Assembly: GCA_035221665.1 (NCBI GenBank)
Contig: CM069137.1
Span: forward strand, 32,240,001-32,304,000
DNA: 64,000 nt
Source: Okamejei kenojei
Lineage: Eukaryota
Reading direction: 5' to 3'
This document shows positions 39,100 to 52,560 of this stretch, piece after piece. Both the position numbers and the translations under genes were made by a program. Each line of letters begins with the position of its first letter. The first letter of the stretch is position 1. Below the pieces are notes generated by a model. That model did not search any database, was not told the DNA's origin, and worked only from the letters and a program-made list of their open reading frames with translations.

Positions 39100-40541
39100 G
39101 GGAGGAGAAAGAGAGGTAGAGGGAGAGAGGGGGGAGAGGGGGAGAGGGGGGAGAGAGGGGGAGAGAGGGGGAGAGAGGGGGAGAGAGGGGGAGAGAGGGG
39201 GAGAGAGGGGGAGAGACGGGGAGAGGGGAGAGATAGAGAGGGGGGAGAGAGGGAGAGAGAGCTCTAATAAGCCTGTGGGTGGCTCAATAGTATGAGTGAC
39301 ACTAATCTGCATCCTCCCTCTTAAAGAATTAAATGCAAATGAAAAACTACATAGTATGTGGCAATAAACTGGAGGAAGATCAAACATAGCCCAGGTACTT
39401 TACGGTGGGCTTACAAACACAACCAGCACGCATACGGTACAGTCCTGCATCTCCTCCCATCACTGGGGACAAACTCGGTGGTGAAATAGGTGTCGGAGAC
39501 TGAAACGGCAGTCCCGGGGATGAAACAGGAGATTTTGGCACAGATGGAGGTGGCGTAGCCATAAGCAAAGTAATCAAACCAGAAACAGGTTGTTCTGGTG
39601 CAGTCGGGCCGATGCTGCTGGATGTGGATGGAAGTACACTTGTGCAGTCAGGATAGTACGGAGCTGGCTCCTTCACAGGCAGGATATGTTGCTTATTACA
39701 TCTGTAGGTGCTGCCATCGGCATTGACCAAGTATGAACGTGGCTCGGAGGTGGTCGTGTCCTTTGTCAGTTTGCAGACGCAACACTTGACCCTCGGCTAG
39801 TGGTGGAAGGGCCGAGGGACAAGTGTTGCATTTTGTCATACCACCCTTTCTGAATGTCGCGCTTTTGTTGTAGTCTGGACTGGACCTCTGATGGTGGGAC
39901 CACTTGCAGAACTAGTGCTTGCTTCGCCAGAGGCAATGTGGCTCGAGTCTGCCTTGACATCAGATGCTGAGTGGGTGAAGCCAATATTGGGTTGCGGGAG
40001 ATGTTAAGCAGCTCCAGGTGCACATCTGAATTTGCTCTGTGGGATCATTCCATTAATTGTTTGTCAAACCTGACGGAAGGTTCAGCCAGTACATTCGACT
40101 GAGGATGTTCAGGTATTGTTTGCCATGCCACTCCGTGATGAACTAGTACTACAAGATGGCATTATCGTAAAAGGCCACAAGGCTGTAGTTCCTGCCTCAC
40201 TACACAGAAAGTATTTTGATGCTGTCCATGCGGGACACCCAGGCCAGAAGCAACTGTCCTGCGAGCAAAAAACATGTTTTACTGGCCTGGCATGACCGAT
40301 TACATTCAGGAGAAAGTGGAATCCTGTGCAGTGTGCAACAGTTTGGCACCACATCAACAAAAGCAACAACTTTTCTCACACCGGGCTCCTGCCCCTCCGT
40401 AGTCCATAGTGGCAACTGACATATTTGAGGGGCATGGCAAACAATACCTGGTTCTTGTCGACTCGTATTCTGGTTGGTTTGATATCGATCTTCTTAGTAG
40501 CCCCACTTCTCATGGGGTAGTTCAGAAGCTGGGGCGACATT

Positions 40542-40584
40542 TCTCCAACTGGAGGCGTGGGTTCGAATCCCACTTCTGACACCA
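40542..40584 (+). other. 43-nt copy of the 3' half of tRNA-Leu including CCA (extended PBS; not a tRNA gene)
   Basis: TCTCCAACTGGAGGCGTGGGTTCGAATCCCACTTCTGACACCA comprises the variable arm, T arm, acceptor strand and CCA. The 5' half is absent. Confidence 0.85.
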
Positions 40585-40677
40585 TGTAGGAAATGATCAG
40601 ACTCACACATAGTGATTAGAATCCATAGTCTTTTATTAGCAAATCTGTGGAGGAAAAACAAGGTGCTTCCGTCTCCA

Positions 40678-40776
40678 CGAGAGCGAGAGAGCGAGAGAGA
40701 GCGAGAGAGAGCGAGAGAGAGCGAGAGAGAGCGAGAGAGAGCGAGAGAGAGCGAGAGAGAGCGAGAGAGAGCGAGA
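40678..40776 (+). repeat. (GAGAGAGCGA)n microsatellite inside the Gypsy LTR
   Basis: Near-perfect 10-bp repeat. Confidence 0.95.
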
Positions 40777-42014
40777 GATCTCAAATAAGCCTGTGGGCGG
40801 ACGAATAGTATGAGTGACACTAATCTACAGCGATGAAGCAAAAGAAAAACACAAAGTCCTGGAATAATGTTTTGTAATCAAACTATTACAAAGTATTAGG
40901 TGAACCACAAAGAGTTTATTAAAACCTATGCAGAGAGAATAATACATACTGCAGCATTTGTTGTATCATCTTGCAGACTGCCGAGCTCAGGGGTGAACAG
41001 GGTTGTTATCAGTAACTGCATTCCTTACTCAAATCCCAGACTGGATTACATAGCACGGTGGAATGTGTATCATGCATAGTATATGTGGTGAAGGTTATAT
41101 TGACAGAGATAAATATCTACAAATAACTCAGCGGGTCAGGTATCAGCTCTGGAAAACATGAATAAGTAGGTGACACTTTGGGTCGGGACGCTTCTTCAGT
41201 CTGAATAAAGGTCCCAAACTAGGATTTCCAGTGATGCTGCCTGACCCATTGAGTTACTCCAGCACTTTATGCCTTTTTTTGTTAAGAGCATCAACAGTTA
41301 CTTGCAACTCCTCTCTAGTAATGAAGGAAGCTTAATTCAGGGAAACAAGCAAGGAAGCAAAATGTTCTGTCTGGGCATGGCAAGATCCAAGACTCCTAAT
41401 CTACAAATATTTGAATGCAAAAGTCTATCAACTATACAAGTGGTCCTTTTATAAATCAGAAATGTGAGAAATCTGAATGTGCACAATTCACGCCCAGGTG
41501 CTCTAAAGAAGCTTCAGTACATTGAATAAGTACAATTTATTTTACAGCTTCTAATAAATGGATCACAGCACATGAAATTGTGGACTCCTTGGAAGGTTCC
41601 CTCGCAGGCCATGTTTTATCTTTAGGTTTTATTCTATTCTTGAAGTGGCAATGCCATGATTATTTTTGTAATTCAAAGTGGTACATGTAACATGGAACAG
41701 TACGGACGATAGACACACAAAGCTGGAGTAACTCTGCGGGGCAGGCAGCATCTCTGGAGAGAAGGAATGGGTGACAAAGGGTCTCGACCCAAAACGTCAT
41801 CCATTCCATCTCTCCAGAGATAGTGCCTGTCCCGTTGAGTTACTCCAGCTTTTTGTGTCTACAGTATCTTCGGTTTAAACCAGCATCGGCAGTTCCGTCT
41901 TACACGTGATCTTACACACCATATATCCGAATTATGATGTTGTTAATTTCCTCTACGTACATGTCATCCAGATCCCTCCATACCCATATCCTGTCATTGG
42001 TTATTCACATATAT

Positions 42015-42830
42015 TAACCATATAACCATATAACAATTACAGCACGGAGACAGGCCCTCTCGGCCCTTCCAGTCCGTGCCGACCATTTGTTTTCCCCTAG
42101 TCCCATCTACCTGCACTCAGACCATACCCCTCCATTCCCTTCACGTCCATATACCTATCCACTTTACTTTTAAGTGTTAAAATCGATCCTGCCTCCACCA
42201 CCTCTGCTGGAAGCTCATTCCACACAGCCACCACCCTCTGAGTAAAGAAGTTCCCCCTCACGTTACCCCTAAACTTCTGTCCCTTAATTCTCATGTCATG
42301 CCCTCTTGTTTGAATCTTCCCTACCCTCAATGGGAAAAGTCTATCCCTTTGGGGGGTACACAAAAAGCTGAGAAACTCAGCGGGTGCAGCAGCATCTAAG
42401 GAGCGAAGGAGATAGGCGACGTTTCGGGTCGAGACCCTTCTTCAGACTGTCCCTTTCATCATTTTAAAGACCTCAATCAAGTCCCCCTTAACCTTCTGCG
42501 CTCCAAAGAATAAAGACCTAACTTGTTCAAACCTTTCTCTGTAACATAGTTGCTGGAACCCTGGCAACATTCTAGTAAATCTCCTCTGTACTCTCTCTAT
42601 TTTGTTGACATCCTTCCTATAACTAGGCGACCAAAATTGTACACCATACTCCAGAATTGGTCTTACCAATGCCTTGTACAATTTTAACATTACTTCCCTA
42701 CTCCTATATTCAATGCTCTGATTTATAAAGGCCAGCACACCAAAGGCTTTCTTTACCACCCTATCTACATGCGATTCCACCTTCAGGGAACTATGCACAG
42801 TTATTCCTAGATCCCTCTGTTCCACAGCAT
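42015..42830 (-). mobile_element. Young CR1 3' fragment interrupted by a pLTR/hammerhead insertion (42355-42447)
   Basis: LYKALVRPILEYGVQFWSP..IERVQRRFTRMLPG; FFTQRVVAVWNELP; (TATATGGT)n tail. Confidence 0.85.
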
Positions 42831-45800
42831 ACTATTAAAAATACTATTAAAACCAGTATGGTTTCAGAGGATCTTTTAACCTTTCAAAGCAGTGCTACTT
42901 AATTAAGTTGTGAGTCAAATCAATGAAAAGCATCAATTTTACTGAATTAACAATATAATAGTCAGCTAGAACCTGATTTAGGGCTTCAGCATAAACTAGG
43001 TGCAACAAAAGTGGTAGATTCTTCAATTCGAGCCAAATTGTAAAAGAATGTTTGAGTGTGTATTTTTGAATACTTTGAATGTAACACTTCCACCCACTGA
43101 TCCCAAGGTCTGTGTCATTCATGACTGTCAACGCAAGGAATTCTTTATGAGTCCATTTCAGCTACACTTTTACCAGCTCAGAGGCCAGAAAGTCAGGCAG
43201 TTACAGAAAAGAATGAAAGATTTTATGTTAATACTTACTATATAAAAAAAAGATCAGCTTGTTGCCCACTACAGCAAACACAAAATGAAAATCTCCCTTG
43301 TTCATAAATAGGAGAAAAAATAAATATTATGGTTTTATTTAGAAGCAAACTCACTGCCCAAGATGAAAACCTGTACGCAGAAACTATCAGTTTAACATCG
43401 GTAAATAGGAATATCTAGCAGCATCTGCAACTGATACAAACAACTGCAGTAAATCTCTATTTGAAACATTCTCTACAATCACACCAACATGCACTATATA
43501 ATAGAAAACCGTGCACCATGTTATTTGTATGGGTGAGTTCAGATTATTTTTTCAGATTGTTAGGCTGTCATTGGTTATATCATCCCATCACATGGACTTG
43601 AGAATCCAAATGCACCCTCTAAGAATTTCAAAAGCAGATAGGTTATGAATTTTCAATGGAGATAACCTGAGAAATTCTCATCAAAAAAAAAAATCAGAAG
43701 CCTGTAACATGTACTCTATTTTTCACAGATGATCTACCAGTATTTCAGCTGAAGATTGATTGAATCATAAAATTGTTCACAAAAACAAGAATGTATTCAG
43801 AATTTCAGCAGTTACCACAAAACTTGCTGACATTACAGCGTGTAATTGGAAGCCCCCAGAAGAAAATAAAGCTCATAATCTTTATGTCCCTTTAAGGATG
43901 AAGAATACTGCAGAGCATTAATTAATATGGATTGCACCGCAAGGAATAATTAATGGAATCCAATTGTGTGGTGCAGTTATAAAACAATTCCTTAATCGTC
44001 AGCAATGCATGGTGCCGACAAGCATTTGATCCACACTCTATAGACTGAATGTGTACCATATTTAATGAGGCAGGTTATAATCTTACAAAATGTACCATAT
44101 AGAACTTTGAGTAAAGCTGTAGGAGCATATTTGAAAAAGAAAACTCCTACTGGCAAATAAAAACACGGCAGTTCAATTAAAAGGTGTGGGCAGAGAGCAG
44201 AATTAACGTGGTCGATGAACTTTCATTAGAATTTCGGCATAAAAACTAAATTTGTTCAGTTATAGGCCACATTCTAATTACTCATTTTAACAACCACCTT
44301 CTCCCACACACCAAAAACATGGCGCTTACATATTTACAACATCTTTCAGATCAAAGATGCTTTGATAGGTTTTTGTCAGGAAATAAGAAAGCCTTGTTTG
44401 AGATTTTGACTTCCTTGTGAAGAGCTAAGTGACGATAGAGAATCTCTCTGACAAAGTACCAAATTAAATTTTTTTTCATCTTTTCTGGACTCAAACTGAG
44501 TTGCTAATAACAAATTTTTGGTTCGTAAATGCTTAACTAAAATTATTTTGCTTAAATCATGATCATTAGTCTTTTTTTAATTGTCTCACCTTTTGAAAGG
44601 TTTATAATGCAGTTAATTGGTTTGGCTTATTTTACATCTTCTAACGCGTTGAAAAGCCAATGATTGTACATGCTGGAGATCCAAAAAATAATAGAAAATG
44701 CTGTGGACCTAGTATAAGCAATCAGCTAAATGCAGCACAACATTCAAATCAACTTAAATTTTTTTTTTAATATTTTATACATTCATTAAAATGGGGTAAT
44801 TCCTTGCAAGAACAGCATTTATTATTACTCTGGTAATCTAAACAAGATGGTTGCACGTTATCATTTTGAACTTCTGAGGTCCCAGAACAAAGTAGCATCA
44901 GGAGTTTCAGTACTCTATCACAGCAACAATGAGACAACTGTGATTTACAGTCAAGTCCAAAAGATGTGATGGGTTTTGGAGTGTGAAGGGGTGATCCAAG
45001 GCCGACATGGACTTGGCTGGCTGAAGGGCCTGTTTTCAGGCTGTATCCCTAAACTAAACTAACAGGTGCTGCTGATAAGGACTCGTTGAATTGCTGCAGT
45101 GAAACTTGCCGTTGGTATGCATTGCAACAATGATACATCAGACGTGATGGATAGGATGCTGCATGTGATTAATCTTGGATATTACTGATGTCTGGTGTTG
45201 GTAGAGGTGGACTATTGCAAGCAAATATACCATTGTACTCCTGAGAACTGTTTATGATGGGATGGTTTATGTGGGTCGGAGGTAAGTCAGTCACAAGAAG
45301 AACCAATAAAAGAAGGAAGTGCAGCAATCCCTTGTAAGACCAGCATTTATTTTTCCTCTGTTCACTTTAACAAGGTTGCATGTTATCATTTTGAAACTCT
45401 AGTGTCCCTGTGATGAACACAGTTCAATCAGGAGTTTCAACAAGCATTGTAAACACTCAGTTGATCAGGCAGCATCTATGGAAAGAGAAAAAAAAAATTC
45501 AGGTCTGTCACACTTCTTCAGCACTGAAAAAGAGAGAAAGTTCATTTTCATTGGAGTGACAGAGAAGTTGAGAAAGGGGTGGGTAGAAGTAAGTGAAAAT
45601 CTCTGATAGGGATAAACCAAATTAGTTAATATAGCAGATAGAGTAGAAACATAGAAAACATTGAAAATAGGTGCAGGAGTAGGCCATTCGGCCCCTTGAG
45701 CTAGCACCGTCATTCAATATGATCATGGCTGATCATCCAAAATCAGTACCCCTTTCTGGCCTTTTTCCCATATCCCTTGATTCCCTTAGCCCTCAGAGCT

Positions 45801-46368
45801 AAATCTAACTCTCTCTTGAAAACAAGGAGCAGCATGTGGGAGAACATTATAACAGTGAAGAAGTGGAATTGATAATGTTCTGAGCTTATATCTGTTTCAA
45901 ATCCCTAATTGGAGATGGCCAGCATCTAGCACATGTGGCACTAATATTTTGTAACTACCAGCCCAAGAACAATCTGCTTTGGCTTTATCGCATCAAATGG
46001 AAATTCACTTCTTCTGACTTCTAATGCCCCAAAAATCATGGTTAGTACACATTTCACCCAGGCCAGTGACCTGAACAGCACCAGCAAGAACTCCTTTGGG
46101 AATAAGCTAATGGCATAATTTTATTCTGAAGAGTCCAGACTCGAAACGTCACTTATCCATGTTCTCCAGGGATTCTGCCTGACCTTTAGACTTTCTACTT
46201 TAGACTATAGAGAAACAGCATGGAAACAGGCTTTTTGGCCCACTGAGTCTGCACCGACCAGTGATCACCCCGTACACTAACACTATCCTACATACCAGTA
46301 ACAACTGTACAATTTACCAAAGCCAGTTAAACTATAAACCTGTATGTCTTTGGAATGTGGGATGAAAC

Positions 46369-46924
46369 TTTGCGCCCCACCCAAGGTTTCCGTGCGGTTC
46401 CCGGAGGTTTTTGTCAGTCTCCATAATGGTCGAAAGTGGTTTCCGCTTCTTCTATGTTCCGGCGATTATTTCAAAAAATTCAAAACCGGCCGCGACTAAA
46501 AATAGGTTGCCGTTTTAAAAATCGGTAATTTTTTTAGTCAAAAGTCAGTTGCAATGCTAGTTGAAGGTGGTTGCCGGAGGTTGCAGGTAGTGGAAGGTAA
46601 GACCTTTTTTTCACCCAGTTTTATTCCACCAGGGAGGTCTTACCTTCCACTACCTGCAACCTCCGGCAACCACCTTCAACTAGCATCGCAACCGGCTTCG
46701 ACTAAAAAATTTACGATTTTTAAAACGGCAACCTATTTTTAGTCGCGGCCGGTTTTGAATTTTTTGAAATAATCGCCGGAACATAGAAGAAGCAGAAACC
46801 ACTTTCGACCATTAGGGTGACTGACAAAAACCTCCAGGAACCTCCGGGAACCGCACGGAAACCTTGGGTGGAGCGCAAATTCTCCAGAGGTTTCCGTTCA
46901 GGTTTCCTAAGTGGGACAGGGGCA
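46369..46924. mobile_element. Palindromic MITE, PIF/Harbinger-like; left tip missing; inserted in a SINE
   Basis: Arms 46369-46604 and 46636-46879 are near-perfect inverted copies. Right end AAGTGGGACAGGGGCA followed by TTA. Confidence 0.75.
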
Positions 46925-47624
46925 TTAGGCAGCAACCCTACTGCCGCGCCACTGTGCTGTTTCTGCTGAGTCGCCCCAGCATTTTGTGTCCTTCCTTTGT
47001 GTATCAGCATCTGCATTGCTTGTTTCTACAGCATTATTTCATTCTTTTGAGATGCAGATGACTATCAAGTGGAGAGTTCTCTGTCTGATCTCAGCTCAGC
47101 TTTAGTAGCTTACCACAAACAATCAAAAACCTGGTATATTATTGTCACTTGCAACGAGATATAGTGAAAAGCTTTGTTTGCATGATATCCAGTCAAAATC
47201 TGATGTCGGGGCAATCATTCTCATCTCACCTCTGGGATTCAGCATTCTTTCCCACGTTGGGTCGCCGAGATTGCAATGTTTAGAGCTAAATTACATAACC
47301 ATGACCCAAACCAAATAAATCAGTGAGAAGTTTATTATTAACTGTCACTCATTACCACTATTGATGATACCATCCATCACTTGACTAGAGTTGATTAAGA
47401 AAGTGATTAGGTGGATTGGAATTGTCATTCTTTCATGAACAGGATGTACCTTCACATCAAAATGATCAACTAATTCTGCAGATGCTGCAAATTTAAAACA
47501 GATGCAGAAAATGCTGGAAACACTCAGCAGGTCTGATTCAGATTCAGATTAGTTTATGTCAGATACACCAGGGTGCAATGAAATTCTTTGCTTGCATGTA
47601 GCTCATGAGAAAACAGTATACATG

Positions 47625-47840
47625 GGTGATGGGTGTATGGAACAAGCTGCCAGAGGAGGTAGTTGAGGCTGGGACTATCCCAACGTTTAAGAAACAGTTA
47701 GACAAGTACATGGATAGGACAGGTTTGGAGGGATATGGACCAAATGCAGGAAGGTGGGACTAGTGTAGCTGGGACATGTTGGCCGGTGTCGGCAGGTTGG
47801 GCCGAAGTCCTTGTTTCCATGCTGTATCACTCTATGACAT
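47625..47840 (+). mobile_element. CR1 3' end
   Basis: WNKLPEEVVEAGTIPTFKKQLDKYMD, plus tail. Confidence 0.75.
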
Positions 47841-48789
47841 TGTAATGACAACAATAAATACAACAAGTGCAACATAGCAGAATGTTGAAGATAGTTGTGC
47901 AACCTGAAGTTTTACTAAAAGAAAATACCAAAGAGCAATAACAAAATAACTAAACGAGGTAGAATGAATAGTAAGAGTTTGTGGCAGCACCTCCAGAAAT
48001 AGGGTGTGAAAGAGATGATTGGTTCAAGAGAAAGAGGTGATTCTTTCAGACGTTTGATTGCAGCATCTGTGGAAAGAGAAAAATAGTTACTGTTTCCATT
48101 TTTTCCACAGATGTTGCCCAACCTAATGTTGTTTCCAGCATTTAAAAAAAATATTTATGCACCTGAACATTTTACTACTTTGGTGCATGGACTCTGGACA
48201 CCCGAAATAGCTTGGCTGGAGATACAGGTAATGATAGTGTACCCATGGGAGCATCATTGAGGCTATAATCCTTGCTGCTCCTCTACTGCACAATGATGAG
48301 CAGCAATAGCAACAATGGACTCTATGCAGTTTTATCAATATTCTTTGATGCCCTAGATACATTTTGGGTTTGTGGTCACCAGACAATTCATGTTTATTTA
48401 TGTTTATTATTATCATGTGTATTGAAGTACAGTGAAAACCTTTAGTTTGAGTGCCATCAAGTCACAGGCTATACATTAATACAAACAAGCTGTCCACAGT
48501 ACACAGATAAAGGAAACGACATTCAGTACTAAGATACAACATTGAAACCAGATAAAAGATAGTTTAAAGGTCTCCATTGAGGTATGTGGGAGGTCAGGAA
48601 TGCACTCTGCCTGATGAGAGGACCATTCAGTTGCCTGATAACAGCAGGCAAGAAACAGTTCCTTACCTGTTAGTTTGGTAATACAATTCCACACAGCCCT
48701 TTGGTGGTTATCTTAAGGAAACTATGTTCTATTTCGTCGATCACTGTTTTGCAAACTTATTTTAATAACAATACACAGTACACAGTGAG

Positions 48790-50850
48790 GAGGGTTATCT
48801 AAATTTACAACAAGATTTAGGTCAGTTGGGAAGGTGGGCAAAGTGATAGCAAATGGAATTTAACTCTGACAAAAGTGTGAGGGGTTGCACTTTGTTATGC
48901 CAAACCAGGGGAGGGCTTACACAGTAAATGAGCCCTGGAGCAATGTGGAGAACATTGAGATTTGGAAATACACCCCCAAAGTAGGTATAGAAACATAGAA
49001 AATAGGTGCAGGAGTAGGCCATTCGGCCCTTCGAGCCTACAGCGCCATTCAATAGGATCATGGCTGGTCATTCAACTCAGTATCCTGTACCTGCCTTCTC
49101 TCCATACCCCCTGATCCCTTTAGCCACAATGGCCATATCTAACTCCCTCTTAAATAGAGCCAATGAACTGGCCTCAACTACCTTCTGTGGCAGTTGGAGG
49201 TGGGTATTGAGTACAAAAGTTGGCACATCATGATGCCACTGTAACAAGTCATTGGTGCAACCTCACATGGAATACTGTATGCAGTTCCAATTGCCCAGCT
49301 ACAGGAAGGATGTCATTAAGTTGGAAATGGTGTATAAGAGATTCATCAGGAGATAACATCATGGTGAATCTCCTCTGCACCCTTGCAAACTTGAGATATA
49401 GAGAGGGGTTGGATAGGCTGGGACTTTTTTCTTTGGAGTATAGGAGGTTGAGGGGGGACCTTATTGAGGTGTACAAGATCATAAAGGGTATGAATAATGT
49501 GAATGCTCACAGTTTTTCCCGCAGGATGAAGGATTCTAAAACTAGATGGCATGGCTTAAGGTCTTCTTCTTATCGAGTCCACACACAAGATTAGAGGTTG
49601 TTCAGCCAGAGCTGAACTCACTTCTCGGCATCTGCATAGACTTGTGTCTGTCTTGCGCTTCTTGTGCGTGGTGGTGGAAAGATTGGTGAAAATAGGGCCG
49701 CGACATGAACACTCTTTCCTTGACCCCATGGCTTAAGGAGAGAGGAGTAATATTAAAAGAGACCTCAGAGACATCCTTTTAACTCAGAGAGTAGCCCATA
49801 TCTGGAATGAGCTGCGAGAAGAAGCTATAGAAGCAGATACAATTATGACTTCTCAAAGTCATTTGAACAGATGTATGGATAGGATGGATGTTGACAACAT
49901 GGATGCAAATGGTCAAATATGCCAACTTGGTCAGCATGGACTAGATGGACCAAAGTTCATAATTCAGAGGAGCATATGTAAGCCATTCAGCCCATCGAGT
50001 GTACTCGCCATTCAATCACTGCTGATCTCTTTCCCTCTCAACTCCATTCTACTACCTTCTCCCGATAATCCTTGACACCTTTACTAATTAGGTATCTGTC
50101 AATCCCGCCTTAAAAATACTTAATGCCTGGGCTCCGCAACCCTCTGTGGCAAAGAATTCCACAGATTCACCACCCTCTGACTACAGAAATTACGCACCTC
50201 CTTCTTAAAGGTTTGTCCTTTTATTCTGAGGCTGTGCTCTCTGGTTCTAGATTCTCCCACTAGTAAATACATCTTCTCAACATCCACTATCCTGGTCTTT
50301 CACTAATCGGTAAGTTTCAATGAGGTCTTCCTGCATCCTTCTAAACTCCAGCAAGTACAGGCCCAGCGCTGTCAAAAGCTTGTCATATGTTAACTCACTC
50401 CTTCCTGGGATAATTCCTGGGATCATTCCAACGCAAGCACATCGTTCCTCAGATATGGGGCCCAAAACTGCTCACAATACTCCAAATGCAGTCTGACCAG
50501 TGCCTTATAAAGCCTCAGCATTACATCCCAGTTTTTATGTTCTAGTCCTCTCAAAATAAATGCTAACATTACTTTTGCCTTCCTTATTGCTGATTCGACT
50601 TGCAAATTAACCTTTTTAGGGAATCCTACACCAACACACAAGTCTCTTTACATCTCCGATTTCTGAATTCTCTACCCAATTTTAAAAGTAGTCTATGCCT
50701 TTATTCTTACTACCAAACTGCATGACCACACACTTTGCTACACTGTGTTCTATCTGCCACTTCTTTGCCCATTCTCCCAACCTTTCCACGTCCTCCTGCA
50801 GAGTCCCTGCTTCCTCAACACAACTAGCCCCTCCACCTATCTTCATCTGC
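48790..50850. mobile_element. Nested CR1 fragments in both orientations
   Basis: RLGLFSLEYRRLRGDLIEVYKI on +; LYKALVRLHLEYCEQFWAP on -. Confidence 0.75.
49562..49726 (-). mobile_element. 5'-truncated LINE (RTE-like) 3' end with (GAA)n tail
   Basis: 12-bp TSD CATGGCTTAAGG at 49550-49561 and 49727-49738. TCTTCTTCTT tail on +. Confidence 0.6.
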
Positions 50851-51039
50851 ATAGACCGGATATAATCGCGGAATTGCTTTATACAAATGTTCTATTTGCT
50901 GGAAGTACCAACTCTGTGATTTTTAACAACTCTCTCCTGGTATTTTATTACTATGATTCATCTTTTATTAATTTTCAAAATATTTATTAACTGCCCTGGA
51001 TCTAAGTAGATGGACTTCAAATTTACTAATCAGACAAAA

Positions 51040-52005
51040 GAACTTGCCCTCACCCTCAACAACTTGTCATTTAACTCTTTTCACTATCTTCAAGTTAAAG
51101 GTGTAGCCATGGGCACTCACAGAGGCCTCAGCCATGCCTGCTTTTGTGTTGGTTATAGCAAACAGTCATTGATTCAATCATAAACTGGCAATATTCCCCA
51201 ACTCCTTCTCTGCTACAACAAACTGCATCGAGGCTCTCCCCTGCATCCGTGCAGAACTCATCAACTTTGCAATTAACTTCCACTCTCCCCTCAAATTCAC
51301 TTGGACTATCTCTGACACCTCTCCCCTTTTTTGATCCCCGATCTCATCACAGCGGGCAGATTCTTGATTGACATATACTACACACCCATTGACTCCCATT
51401 TCTGCCTCTTACAAGTATGGCATCCCAAACTCTCAATTCCCTGTCTCTGCCACATCTGTTCCCAAAATTAGGTTTTCCATTCCAGGATATCCAAGACATC
51501 TTGTTCAGCAAACAGTTTCCCTCCTGTTGTTGTGAATTGATCCCTCACCCCCATCTCCTCTGTTTTCCACAGTCCTGTTGTCAACTCCCCCCCCCCCCCC
51601 CCCCTTCCCCTTGACGAAACAAGAGTTCTCCTGGTCCTTACCTTTCACCCCACCTGCTTCCACATCCAACTTCAACATTTCCGCCACCTTCAACATAACC
51701 CACCATCAGTCACATCTCCCCATCCCCACCCCTTTCCACTGAAACCACTCCCTCCACAACCCCTTAATTCACTCAACCCTACTACCCAAACTACCCCCTC
51801 CCTGGATATTTTCCCTGCAACCACAGGAGATGTAACATTGGTCCCTACACCTCCTCCAACACCTCCAACTAAGGTCCCCAGCAGCCTTGCCAGATGAAAA
51901 GGAGGTTCACGGGCACCTCTTCTAACTTCATCTAAGCATTTGGTGCTCCTGCTATGGCTTCCTTTACATCGGCAAGACCAAGCATCAACCAGGCAACCGT
52001 TTTGC
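51040..52005 (+). mobile_element. Degraded Penelope-like element (RT and EN)
   Basis: QVKGVAMGT; LKFTWTISDTS; YIGKTK-like remnants. Confidence 0.7.
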
Positions 52006-52199
52006 AACATGGGGGAAATAAAATGGAATTTGCGCAAATGCGTGCGTGCTAATTGGTGCTCAGTGGACTGATTTAATTCTGTTTTAATTCTCTCTGATTT
52101 TCAGGCCTTGCACGACAGGATGCGGGCAGTTAAAGCCCTGCTGTTTTGATAATTAAATGAGCCCCCCTAAAAATGCCACAGGGGCTTTTTGGCTTTTTT

Positions 52200-52560
52200 T
52201 GGATAGGATGGATCAGTTGCCTGATAGCAGCTGGAAAGAAACTGTCTCTGAATCGGGAGATATGCGTTTTCCAACTTCTGTATCTCTTGCCTGATGGGCG
52301 AGGGGAGAAAAGAGAGTGATCGGGGTAAGACACGTCTTTGATTATGCTGGTGGCGTTAGGAAGTAGAGGCATTGGTGTAATTTCTTGCCCATTGCTTCAA
52401 TATGCCTGGTCGAAGACAAATTGCGGGTGATATTTACTCCTCAGAACTTGAAGCTTTCAACCATCTCTACTTCGGCGCCATTAATGTATACTGGGGTGTA
52501 CATTTCACTTCTGGACTTTCACTTCCTGAAGTCGATCACAATCTCCTTTGTCTTGATGAC
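52200..52560 (-). mobile_element. Rex1/L2-like LINE 3' fragment
   Basis: HSLFSPRPSGKRYRSWKTHISRFRDSFFPAAIRQL. Confidence 0.65.

Larger units (their letters stand above)
38918..40829 (-). mobile_element. Rearranged, internally deleted Gypsy LTR retrotransposon
   Basis: LTRs at 40585-40829 (TGTAG..CTACA) and 38918-39311 (contains the gap). tRNA-Leu PBS at the 40584 side. PPT at 39312-39322. Only integrase fragments inside, in both orientations. Confidence 0.85.

Noticed and set aside
38893-39387. Low-complexity ORFs across the gap
   Set aside because: Artefacts of the N run and GA-rich repeat.
40542-40584. tRNA-Leu gene
   Set aside because: Only the 3' half is present, with encoded CCA, abutting an LTR. 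It is a primer-derived copy.
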